64,000 bases of DNA from a virus. Of this stretch, positions 37,206-45,519 are shown piece by piece. Below the pieces are notes generated by a model. That model was not told the DNA's origin and did no database searches. It was given only the letters and a program-made list of their open reading frames with translations. The position numbers and the translations under genes were made by a program. The DNA is taken from IMG/VR virus record IMGVR_UViG_3300046512_000087, positions 29,404 to 93,403 of that record; one strand, written 5' to 3'. How positions within the stretch are numbered: position 1 is the first letter of the stretch; every line of letters begins with the position of its first letter.

Positions 37206-37726
37206 TGCTTTGGCTCCAGCTCAGTTTTCAGGCTACGACACCGGGAACAGTCGTCATGGCCCTTGGTGGTCTTGTTGCCGCACTTGCAGTCAGCTTGCAG
37301 TGCAGTCCTGGCACGATTCTTTCTCCGGTTGTCTGCATGTGCAACACAGAGACCGTGTACATGGCCCGCTGTTTCAGTGCGGCGGCACCCGGTATTGCTA
37401 CAGATGCGGGCATAGCCCTGGGTGTTGGCATGGAACGGGCGGTTACAGTGAGGGCAACCCTGGGCATGCCCTTTCACCGGCTTGTTGCAGTAGCCACAGA
37501 AGACATCCCGATCTTCGGCCAGGGCCGGATCAATGAAGGTGTTCTCCGGGCGCTCGGGCCTGCGCGGGATCTTTACCTTAGGGGCGGGGGTGGGCAGCAG
37601 AACAGCCTTGGTCTCACGCTGTTCATCCAGGAATATGCAGGTGCATTTCCGGTTATCCACGATCCAGATGCGGTTGTGTTCAGCCAGAGACCAGCAGCTG
37701 TTACACAGCATAAAAAGCATTTTCAT
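37202..37726 (-). CDS. Cys-rich multi-zinc-finger protein
   Basis: Multiple CxxC/CxC clusters. Confidence 0.6.
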   Translation of the reverse strand: MKMLFMLCNSCWSLAEHNRIWIVDNRKCTCIFLDEQRETKAVLLPTPAPKVKIPRRPERPENTFIDPALAEDRDVFCGYCNKPVKGHAQGCPHCNRPFHANTQGYARICSNTGCRRTETAGHVHGLCVAHADNRRKNRARTALQADCKCGNKTTKGHDDCSRCRSLKTELEPKQ

Positions 37727-37929
37727 TTGCTACTCCATGCGAAGGCAATCAGTTCCAGCAGGGTCACGGTCCACTCACCAGAACCGGCACTAACACTGCC
37801 TTCTCCAGCAGGCCAGAAATAGTGAATGATCAACTCACCGTCGCCCCAAGGTTCGATGCTGTCAGCGGTGCAGTTCCCGCCGTCTTGGTTCACAAAGGCA
37901 GTGGCCATTTGCAGGATCAGGTCGCTCAT
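37723..37929 (-). CDS. hypothetical protein
   Basis: 68 aa, operon packing. Confidence 0.5.
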   Translation of the reverse strand: MSDLILQMATAFVNQDGGNCTADSIEPWGDGELIIHYFWPAGEGSVSAGSGEWTVTLLELIAFAWSSK

Positions 37930-38181
37930 TTACCACCCCGGATCGCGTGCAGGGCGCTCGCCCATGACGTGTAGTTGAGAGCCAACGAGTTCAGCCCAGA
38001 AGAACTTCTTGTGGCTGTTGCCCATCATCTTGGTGAAGGCTGGGGTTTCTTCCTGCTCCCACATGATGGACCGGTCTTGGTTGTAGATCAGGATCGAGCC
38101 ACCTGGGCTGCTGGTAGCCACGGCCTTCTGGACCTTGACGATGAATTCCTTGGGAGTCCTCTTCATACCGCGTCTACCCAC
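37930..38181 (-). CDS. hypothetical protein
   Basis: 83 aa. Confidence 0.5.
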   Translation of the reverse strand: MGRRGMKRTPKEFIVKVQKAVATSSPGGSILIYNQDRSIMWEQEETPAFTKMMGNSHKKFFWAELVGSQLHVMGERPARDPGW

Positions 38182-38361
38182 GCAGTGATCTGGGTGTCGA
38201 GGGCTTCCAGATCCACGAGATCTTCATGATCAGCGTCTTCAGCTACTTCGGCAAAGCCATGTTCGAAGCCTTCGAGATAGGCGGCCTTCAGCATTTCAGC
38301 CAGTTTGGATTCAGTCAGTTGCTTCATAGCACCACTCCTATTGGTGTTTTGGAATACCGTT

Positions 38362-38389
38362 ATCTTACCTTACGGGCTAGGTTTGTCCA
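38362..38389 (-). promoter_or_regulatory. sigma70-like promoter with palindrome upstream
   Basis: TGGACA-16bp-TAAGAT; palindrome at 38397. Confidence 0.65.
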
Positions 38390-38571
38390 ATTGTTTTGCA
38401 ATTGATTGCAGGACTACGGCTCAACACGGTCTGAGCTTCGTGGTAGTTGGCGTAACCACGCTTGCGGGCCAGCTGTTCCAGGACATCGGCATGCTTCATG
38501 CCAGTAGCCTTCTTGATTTCTGCCGCCGTGCGCTTGAACTCGTCAAGCAACGTTCCTGTTTTGGAAGACAT
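38377..38571 (-). CDS. hypothetical protein
   Basis: 64 aa; KR.A..IKK..G..H...LE.LA..GY pattern. Confidence 0.5.
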   Translation of the reverse strand: MSSKTGTLLDEFKRTAAEIKKATGMKHADVLEQLARKRGYANYHEAQTVLSRSPAINCKTIGQT

Positions 38572-38572
38572 A

Positions 38573-39154
38573 TCAGGGCTCCAGGGGCAGCTGGTCGCAT
38601 TGCTGCAAGCCGTTCTTTTCTACACAGTCGTCCCAGGCTTCATGCTCTGAGTCGAAAAGGTCTCCCACCCCGCACCCTGGCTCACCTGCCCAAAAGAACT
38701 GGACTTCAGGACCCTCCAGCTCGTTAGTCATCAGGACCTTAAACCCCGCAGAAGAACACAGGTCGATAGTCGGCTGGTTTGGGAGCGCACCCGGGTACTC
38801 CACTATCGAGATGTCCCAGCTATCAACCGCGTTGGTCTCCCAGTCTCGGTGAACGTTTACACAGGTTGTGTAGTACAGCTTGCCTACCACCAATCCTTCC
38901 GTTGGGATAAGCACCCGGTCACAGCAGTCAGAGTCTTGAGAATATTCCTCGGCCAGAACATCAAAACCATTACTGTAAACCCGGACCAGCATCGAACCAA
39001 AGATAGGCAGGCCCTGGCCGGACAGGGCAAAAGCCTTCGAGACTGTGATTGCCCGGTATACCGTAAGACTTTCTTCTACGCTTGGGTTTGCAATCAATTG
39101 CAAGGTGTTACCGGTCATAGGCTTTGCTCCAATCAGGTTTGTGTTTTTCTTCAA
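38573..39154 (-). CDS. hypothetical protein
   Basis: 193 aa. Confidence 0.6.
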   Translation of the reverse strand: MKKNTNLIGAKPMTGNTLQLIANPSVEESLTVYRAITVSKAFALSGQGLPIFGSMLVRVYSNGFDVLAEEYSQDSDCCDRVLIPTEGLVVGKLYYTTCVNVHRDWETNAVDSWDISIVEYPGALPNQPTIDLCSSAGFKVLMTNELEGPEVQFFWAGEPGCGVGDLFDSEHEAWDDCVEKNGLQQCDQLPLEP

Positions 39155-39516
39155 AGCTGGACAACTTGCTCAGAGGCAGCCATTTCGTGTGCTTCTTGCA
39201 AGCGTCACACTGGTATCGGAATTCCTTACGAATGTGACGGCCACCCTTCCCGAACCAGTGCTGCACTTCATAGCAGGGTAGGTACAGGTGGTGGCCCTGG
39301 CGGCATTTCCGCATTCTGAGCCAGTGGCGGATCAGCCGGAGCATGTGTTCCTCCACAGATGGACAGTGAGTTCGCCGGACGAGTTCTCGGTCTTGTAGCC
39401 GGTCCACGTATCACTGCTAAGCTGGCCACCGAAGTCATGGGTGAAGCCAGCCCACTTGGTCATGCGCCGGGTCAACACCATGCGCTTCTTAGTCACCAGC
39501 TTACGGTCGTAGGACA

Positions 39517-39726
39517 TTACACCGCTTCCCAGTACAGGGTTTCAAGAAGGGCCGTATCGATGCGGTCACCAGCAAAGATCTCCACCCGTACGGCCTTGGT
39601 GGTGATGCGGCGGATGCCTTTGATCATCGGGGCCTTGGATTTGTAGGCGTTGGTGACGAAGCGGTTTCTCATTCCCACCTCGTCATACGTGCCATCTGAG
39701 TTACGGATTGTAACGATGGCCTTCAT
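39517..39726 (-). CDS. hypothetical protein
   Basis: 69 aa. Confidence 0.5.
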   Translation of the reverse strand: MKAIVTIRNSDGTYDEVGMRNRFVTNAYKSKAPMIKGIRRITTKAVRVEIFAGDRIDTALLETLYWEAV

Positions 39727-39727
39727 G

Positions 39728-40300
39728 TCAGCACACCAACAACAGATGGCAGCAACCTTCTCGTTTCTCGCAAGGCACTCGCTCGTTATCTCCGTTCAGA
39801 GGAGGTTCTCCTTGAGCCACTACAACCCACGGGGTGGCAATGCCTGTCGGGCTATTCGAGTTAGCGAACTGCTCCACTTGGGCATTGGTGAATGCCTCTG
39901 GCACACAGACTTGCATGGTACACAAGGCCGTTCTTACGACTTCAGGCCCAGTAGAGACTCCCAGCTGAACCTTCTTAGTTGCGCGGATCGCGTAGATATT
40001 CACCTCGTCCATCTGGATGACATCGCCTTCATGCAGGCCATGGATAAACCCGAACATCAGGTTGCCATGCACTGTCCCGGTGAGGGTAGTAGCGGCGCGG
40101 CCTGTAACCAGGACCCAGAAGCGCTCGTTACGATACTGGGTTTGACCAGTAGGCTCGAAGGGCGCGCAGACCTTCACTAAGTCCCCTGGCTTGACCTCGG
40201 CAGTCTCACTCCGGGCCGGGCAGGAGAAGGTTGCAGGACTGCTCACGGCAATCTGGCGGGCATCAATCAGTTTCGGGGTCTTGGTAGCCATTTGTGTCAC
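39728..40300 (-). CDS. hypothetical protein (DUF2314-like N-terminal part)
   Basis: GDLVKV, ERFWVLV, G...GNL pattern. Confidence 0.6.
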   Translation of the reverse strand: MTQMATKTPKLIDARQIAVSSPATFSCPARSETAEVKPGDLVKVCAPFEPTGQTQYRNERFWVLVTGRAATTLTGTVHGNLMFGFIHGLHEGDVIQMDEVNIYAIRATKKVQLGVSTGPEVVRTALCTMQVCVPEAFTNAQVEQFANSNSPTGIATPWVVVAQGEPPLNGDNERVPCEKREGCCHLLLVC

Positions 40301-40324
40301 TCCATTGTTTGGTTAACTGAACGT

Positions 40325-40352
40325 ATCTTACCAGATTTACCCGGTTTGTCCA
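40325..40352 (-). promoter_or_regulatory. sigma70-like promoter
   Basis: TGGACA-16bp-TAAGAT; palindrome at 40367. Confidence 0.65.
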
Positions 40353-40357
40353 ATTAA

Positions 40358-40621
40358 TTACTCTTTTGCAATTGATTGCACGGGAGTCTTACCGTACCAG
40401 AACTCCTTGAAGGCCTCAGGAGCCGCTTCGTCGAAGGCCTGGGCCATCTGGGTCAGGAAGTTCTGCATCTTGTTCCACTCGACCATCAGGGGCTCTGCTT
40501 GGCTCTTGTCCAGCAACAGGTCCACCCGGTCATCTGTAGTGCAGACACCTATCTTGCCATCAGGACTTCCACCCAACTCCATCAGTTCAGGCCAGCGTTC
40601 TTCAATGTACTTAGTTCTCAT
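40358..40621 (-). CDS. hypothetical protein
   Basis: 87 aa. Confidence 0.55.
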   Translation of the reverse strand: MRTKYIEERWPELMELGGSPDGKIGVCTTDDRVDLLLDKSQAEPLMVEWNKMQNFLTQMAQAFDEAAPEAFKEFWYGKTPVQSIAKE

Positions 40622-40624
40622 GTT

Positions 40625-40933
40625 TCACCCGTACATCATCAAGTTAGGATTGGTCTTCAGTTCGTACAGCAGGAACATCCGGTACTCGGCGGTCAGTTGT
40701 GGCAGGAAGAACAACAGGTTGCGATGGCACTGATCAGCAAACTTCTCGGCAAGATGTCTGCCTGGGTGCTCATCGAACAGATACACCATCATGTCAGTGC
40801 AGATCTTTCGCTGTAGCTGCTCCAGGTCTTTCACCTGAGCAAGGTACTCATAGGTGCCGTCGCCTTTCAACTTAGCACGCACGCCGTCCGGGTCTTTGGC
40901 CCACTGGGCTTTGAAGTCGGTGAACCGGCTCAT
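40625..40933 (-). CDS. hypothetical protein
   Basis: 102 aa. Confidence 0.55.
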   Translation of the reverse strand: MSRFTDFKAQWAKDPDGVRAKLKGDGTYEYLAQVKDLEQLQRKICTDMMVYLFDEHPGRHLAEKFADQCHRNLLFFLPQLTAEYRMFLLYELKTNPNLMMYG

Positions 40934-41316
40934 GACTTTCTCCGTTTTACTTTCCGTTCTGCTGCCTTCAGGCGAGTCAGAAACTCAGTGAGCATGGCAG
41001 ACCGGATCTTGGCGTAGAGGGCCGGGCTGGTAATGGGGTTGGGCAAGTACATCTCGACGTAGGTGTCGTGGGAGTTCCACGGGGCCTGGGACATAGACCA
41101 CCTGAGGGCAGGCACGAAATCAGGGTTGAACTCTTCAGCCTCGCCCATCATGTTGACAATGCCTTTACCCTTGCGCACGTTGCCCAGGCGGTCAATACAG
41201 AAGTCTGTGAGGGTGGCCAACACCGCGTCGTCACACCAGATCTTGTGGGTCAGATCTTCGTCACTGGCTTTGTAGAACACCGTCTCTACGATGTCTCCGT
41301 ATTCCAGAGTCACCAT
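40930..41316 (-). CDS. hypothetical protein
   Basis: 128 aa. Confidence 0.55.
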   Translation of the reverse strand: MVTLEYGDIVETVFYKASDEDLTHKIWCDDAVLATLTDFCIDRLGNVRKGKGIVNMMGEAEEFNPDFVPALRWSMSQAPWNSHDTYVEMYLPNPITSPALYAKIRSAMLTEFLTRLKAAERKVKRRKS

Positions 41317-41507
41317 TACAGATACCCCGGTCGGGAGGCCAGGATCTTCTTGCAGGCCTCACAGGTTACAGAGGTGTGCCGGACATCTACTCGGGCGTGA
41401 GCACTTCCGTTGCCACACAAAGGCATCGGGCCCTGGAAGTCACCATTGCTTCCGGTCTTACGGCGCATCTGGTCCTGGGACAACCGGAGGTGGATTACGT
41501 CTTTCAT
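41316..41507 (-). CDS. hypothetical protein
   Basis: 63 aa, operon packing. Confidence 0.5.
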   Translation of the reverse strand: MKDVIHLRLSQDQMRRKTGSNGDFQGPMPLCGNGSAHARVDVRHTSVTCEACKKILASRPGYL

Positions 41508-41695
41508 AACTCGTACCTTTTGAATGCAGGCAATTTGTTTTTGCCCTTGGGACGCTTCTTGTACTGTCGGGCAAAGACTTGAATGACCTTCACCTCCCGT
41601 GGATACAGGGCTATGAACAGATTCAGTTCAAAGGCGTTGGGGAACTGCCAAACAGCCCGCCCTTTAGGCCCATACCCGACCAGCCAGAACCTCAT
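41504..41695 (-). CDS. hypothetical protein
   Basis: 63 aa, operon packing. Confidence 0.5.
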   Translation of the reverse strand: MRFWLVGYGPKGRAVWQFPNAFELNLFIALYPREVKVIQVFARQYKKRPKGKNKLPAFKRYEL

Positions 41696-42243
41696 TACTG
41701 GCTCTTCCCTGGGTAATCCCCGGTCCAGCCTTCAGACAACGACTGGGACCGACACTGGAAGCTGCTTACTTCACCAGAGATCGGGTAGCAACGATACGTG
41801 TCTTTATAGTCCAGGACAGCAATCACGTTCTCGCCGTGGCGCTTGTGCAAAGGCTGCAAGGTGCTGGGCTGGTTCACCCACATACGGCGGGGCACCGGGC
41901 GCTTGATCTTCTCCAGCTCGACAATCTCAGCATCTTTGTCGGCTACCCGCTGCTCCATCAGGGTCAGGCGGTCCCGCAGGTTCTGCGCACTCACCGAAAT
42001 GGACTCGCCTACCTTGGTGGCGATCTCCAGCTTTTCTTCCAAGGCGTTGATGAAGTCCTGGGCCTCGTCCATGACCTTGCTGGCTTCATACTGGTCTACC
42101 CAGTTGCCGCTGGTGTTCTCAAACTTCTGTATCGAGTTGCCGGACGGTGACAGCAGGAAGCTGAAGCGGGGAATGGCACAGAACTTGTCCCACCACTCAT
42201 AGCCTTTACGGGTTTTCACATCGCGAATCATGACTTTCTCCAC
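41695..42243 (-). CDS. hypothetical coiled-coil protein
   Basis: 182 aa. Confidence 0.6.
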   Translation of the reverse strand: MEKVMIRDVKTRKGYEWWDKFCAIPRFSFLLSPSGNSIQKFENTSGNWVDQYEASKVMDEAQDFINALEEKLEIATKVGESISVSAQNLRDRLTLMEQRVADKDAEIVELEKIKRPVPRRMWVNQPSTLQPLHKRHGENVIAVLDYKDTYRCYPISGEVSSFQCRSQSLSEGWTGDYPGKSQ

Positions 42244-42310
42244 TCAATTGGGTTTGTCCGTTGTTCTTATCTTACGGGTTTGTCCAATCGTTTGCAATTG
42301 ATTGCAGGAA

Positions 42311-42940
42311 TTACCCGGCGTACTTGGACTCGTTGCCTACGTCGTCACCAATTTCATTCGGGAAGCCATAGGTCAACGCCGCGTACTTGAACACTGGCAG
42401 CCCATACTGGGTGTACTGGTTCTTCAGGACCTCCAGACCCTTGTCGTCTTGGAAGGCGTAGAACCACATGCCTACTACTTGGGCCATCATGGCTGCACTG
42501 ATGCCGCGCTGGTCAATTGCCTTTTCAAAGCCGAAGTCCACGTCTTTACGAAACTGCTCCATCACAGCTTCACGGGTCCAAGGTGCAATCACGCGGTCTG
42601 GGGAATTGCCAGTGATCTCATACCCAGCCTCCAGTAACTGGGCATCTGTCATGAACTCAGCCAGTCTGTTGAAGTCACGGTGATCCATGCACTGTGGGCC
42701 ACGGGCAATCACTTCGGCAAGCGGACGCAGGGCTGGTCGGATGTCACGCTCGTAGAAATAGCAGAGCATGTCTTTCGGGGCTGGCCATGTGTGGCCGGGG
42801 TCCAGCTCTACCGCGATGCGCTCGTCACGACCGAACTCAGTAGCCAGAGGCATACTGGTGCCCTTGAACGGTGCGAAGCGTTCAAAGCCTTTCACGGTGC
42901 CCTGACCGTATTGCGTGTCTACGCGCATACCTACTTTCAT
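42311..42940 (-). CDS. hypothetical protein
   Basis: 209 aa with AAGGAG RBS. Confidence 0.7.
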   Translation of the reverse strand: MKVGMRVDTQYGQGTVKGFERFAPFKGTSMPLATEFGRDERIAVELDPGHTWPAPKDMLCYFYERDIRPALRPLAEVIARGPQCMDHRDFNRLAEFMTDAQLLEAGYEITGNSPDRVIAPWTREAVMEQFRKDVDFGFEKAIDQRGISAAMMAQVVGMWFYAFQDDKGLEVLKNQYTQYGLPVFKYAALTYGFPNEIGDDVGNESKYAG

Positions 42941-42950
42941 TTCTTTCTCC

Positions 42951-43205
42951 TTAATAACAGAACCAGCCCCGGCATTTGGTGCATTTCACACCGCCGCCTG
43001 GGGCGCATTGGATATCGTGTTTACAGTCCGGGTCTGCTTCCCACAGTTCTTGGTCTTCCAAGCAGACTTGTTCCTTTGGCGCCGGGACCGACTGCATGGT
43101 CTCAGTGTCGTGCCAGCCATCTTCCGCCCAATAGCTTTTGCGGGTCCCAGCAAAGCCAAAGTCTTGGGCACCGGCGAAGTCACCCTTCTTGTGTTGAACG
43201 ATCAT
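42951..43205 (-). CDS. hypothetical protein
   Basis: 84 aa; C-terminal GGGVKCTKCRGWFCY. Confidence 0.55.
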   Translation of the reverse strand: MIVQHKKGDFAGAQDFGFAGTRKSYWAEDGWHDTETMQSVPAPKEQVCLEDQELWEADPDCKHDIQCAPGGGVKCTKCRGWFCY

Positions 43206-43420
43206 TTACGACCTCTCCATTCAATTGCTATTGCTGGGCCATCGAAGCCCTTCAGGAATGCTACCGGCTCCCACAACCATGCATCGCGCAACGCGAGTTC
43301 AATGGTCTTGGAGTCGAATCGATCAGCCCGGATCTTGATCTCAGTGCCGGGCTCTGCCACTGCTGACGTGACGATCAGGTTGTAGCGGCGGGTAATCTGG
43401 TTCTGGGAGGCTGCGAACAT
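43202..43420 (-). CDS. hypothetical protein
   Basis: 72 aa. Confidence 0.5.
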   Translation of the reverse strand: MFAASQNQITRRYNLIVTSAVAEPGTEIKIRADRFDSKTIELALRDAWLWEPVAFLKGFDGPAIAIEWRGRK

Positions 43421-43424
43421 GGTC

Positions 43425-43727
43425 TTAGGCCCACAGCTTGTTGATAAGGGTCTTCATGGCCTTCACGCGGCGGACATCGTTGCCCCGCTCGTACATGGCC
43501 TTGGTAGTTTCAACGGCTTCCATGAACGCTTCCAAAGCCTTGGATTCTTCCATCTCGAACATGTACTCAGTGAACAACCGGTTCATGTCACGGGAGACTT
43601 CCACCAGAGTCTGGCTATCCAGGTCAAAGAGATCGGCCAAGCCTTTCTTGGTGACTGAGACCAACGCGGCTGCTACTGCCTTACGGGTCGGGGTCATGAT
43701 CAATGCGTTCATTCTGTACTTCTCCAC
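43425..43727 (-). CDS. hypothetical protein
   Basis: 100 aa behind a promoter. Confidence 0.55.
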   Translation of the reverse strand: MEKYRMNALIMTPTRKAVAAALVSVTKKGLADLFDLDSQTLVEVSRDMNRLFTEYMFEMEESKALEAFMEAVETTKAMYERGNDVRRVKAMKTLINKLWA

Positions 43728-43757
43728 TCAATTGGAAGGGGTTGTTCCCATAAACGT

Positions 43758-43785
43758 ATCTTGCCACACCTAGCTGGTTTGTCAA
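43758..43785 (-). promoter_or_regulatory. sigma70-like promoter with palindrome upstream
   Basis: TTGACA-16bp-CAAGAT; palindrome at 43793. Confidence 0.6.
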
Positions 43786-44206
43786 ATAAGTTTGCAATTG
43801 ATTGCACGGCAGGTTCGGAACACCGTTGCTGCGGCTCGGCAGTAGCGTCTCCGGCTTTCACACTTACATGCCAGTGCATTGACACGCCGCCCCGACTTAC
43901 CAGGTCTTTCTCCCGGCACTTGTGGCCGGACTCCTGTTACGAGGAACGGTAGCCGCTGGCATAAGGGCCGCATCTTTAAGCTATCCTCCGCGTGCAATCT
44001 TGCAATACCGTGTTGGCAGTGGCCTCTACTACGACTGCCCGGCAGCATCGGTGAGTTGTCAGTGCAACCGCATCCCGACTGTGGCTGGTCAACCACTACC
44101 ACCCTGTGCTGGACACCAGCGTCAATGTGTAGGCCAAGTCTCTAATCACCATTGCGGTGTGGATCGCGGCGCTAGCTCAATCAGCCTACGCCAAATCACG
44201 GGCAAG

Positions 44207-44227
44207 AAAAAGCCCTCCGTAGAGGGC
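44207..44227 (-). terminator. intrinsic terminator
   Basis: GCCCTC-TACG-GAGGGC then TTTTT on the minus strand. Confidence 0.8.
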
Positions 44228-44277
44228 CAATCCTATCGTTGCGTCCGTGCCAGCTTCTTAACTGCCAGTCCAAAGTA

Positions 44278-44550
44278 TCACTCGGACTCTTCCTCGTCTA
44301 CACCTGGGGCGCCCACCGGCACGATGTCGATGTAGTAGGCCTGCCCTACAACCAGCTTCTCAGCAGTCGAGGTAATGATGTTGGCTTGGAAGTTGCCATA
44401 CGGCGTGTACTTGCCGTAAACAAAGTCTTCTGTTGCCGGGTTGTTCGAGTAGACGGCACCGAAGCTGACGCGAGACATCGGGTTGTCAGGGTTGTTGTCA
44501 GAAGACTCAACGCCATGGCAGATCATCTTGCAGCGGATATGAACAGTCAT
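44278..44550 (-). CDS. hypothetical phage protein
   Basis: RCKM.C...V.FGAVY...F.KYTPYG...YYID pattern. Confidence 0.65.
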   Translation of the reverse strand: MTVHIRCKMICHGVESSDNNPDNPMSRVSFGAVYSNNPATEDFVYGKYTPYGNFQANIITSTAEKLVVGQAYYIDIVPVGAPGVDEEESE

Positions 44551-44619
44551 CTTGACTTCCTCTCAAATGGATTTAGCAGGGAGGTCTATCCGTCTTGCGC
44601 CTGCCGATACAGCTTACTC

Positions 44620-44889
44620 TTACGGGGTTACAGGATCAACCGGGGTCTGGGCTGCCAGCCAATCGTCGTAGCCAAGGCGAGTCTCGCCGGTGCGGACATC
44701 TTTACCCCACAGCTCCAGGCGGTGTTCTTCCTGTACACGGGCGCTGTATTCTTCCGGTGCTTCGATCTGTACTCGGCTCTGGGCTTGGACATCGCCAAAG
44801 CAATCACGGATGGCCGCATCGCTCTCGAAGGGCCCAACCACCGAGATGCTGCCGACGCCGTGAACCAGTACATACGTAGGTGTAGTCAT
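44620..44889 (-). CDS. hypothetical protein
   Basis: 89 aa with AGGAG RBS. Confidence 0.55.
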   Translation of the reverse strand: MTTPTYVLVHGVGSISVVGPFESDAAIRDCFGDVQAQSRVQIEAPEEYSARVQEEHRLELWGKDVRTGETRLGYDDWLAAQTPVDPVTP

Positions 44890-44904
44890 GTCTTTCTCCT
44901 GTTA

Positions 44905-45510
44905 TCAGCCGATATTGGCCTTCAGTTCAGCATATCTGAAATACAACGCCCTGTGCAGGCTAATGTAATCAGCTACCTTCAATTTGTACTTGCCTACCCG
45001 GGCCGCAGGGCGGATCTCAATCACCTGCCCATGCTCTGTGATCTCCAGGATGCCTACAGTGTCTGCTACCCAGGCCGGAATCTTCGGGATCAAAAAGGTC
45101 GGTACAGCGTAGTAGAACTGACAGACCTTCTTCCTCTCCTTGGACTTCCACTTATCCTTGTGCTGGTCGGCATGCCAGTCACTCAGACTGATCTTCACCT
45201 CTACCTCAGCCACATACCGGGCTTTGGTGATCCTGATGAAGTCGGCAATGCCGCCGCCAAACGTGATACCGGTGTAGCACTCGTTCACTGCCCAGTCGAA
45301 GTACCAGAGCAGGGCTTTCTGGATACTTTTTTCAGTGTGCTTGGTCTTTACATCTGTCGAGGACTTGGGCACGAACTTCAGGTTCTTGGGCTTGCCTTCG
45401 TTCAGTAATTTCACATCCGGTTTTGCAATTGATTGCAGGCGCTTGCACGGGATCGACTTCGGGTAGCCCTTCAGGTCAATCGGTGGGCACAGATCCCAGG
45501 TGAGGGCCAT
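44905..45510 (-). CDS. MmcB-like PD-(D/E)xK nuclease family protein
   Basis: IADF...EVEVKISLSDW.AD..K...FYYAVP. Confidence 0.65.
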   Translation of the reverse strand: MALTWDLCPPIDLKGYPKSIPCKRLQSIAKPDVKLLNEGKPKNLKFVPKSSTDVKTKHTEKSIQKALLWYFDWAVNECYTGITFGGGIADFIRITKARYVAEVEVKISLSDWHADQHKDKWKSKERKKVCQFYYAVPTFLIPKIPAWVADTVGILEITEHGQVIEIRPAARVGKYKLKVADYISLHRALYFRYAELKANIG

Positions 45511-45519
45511 GGTCTTCTC

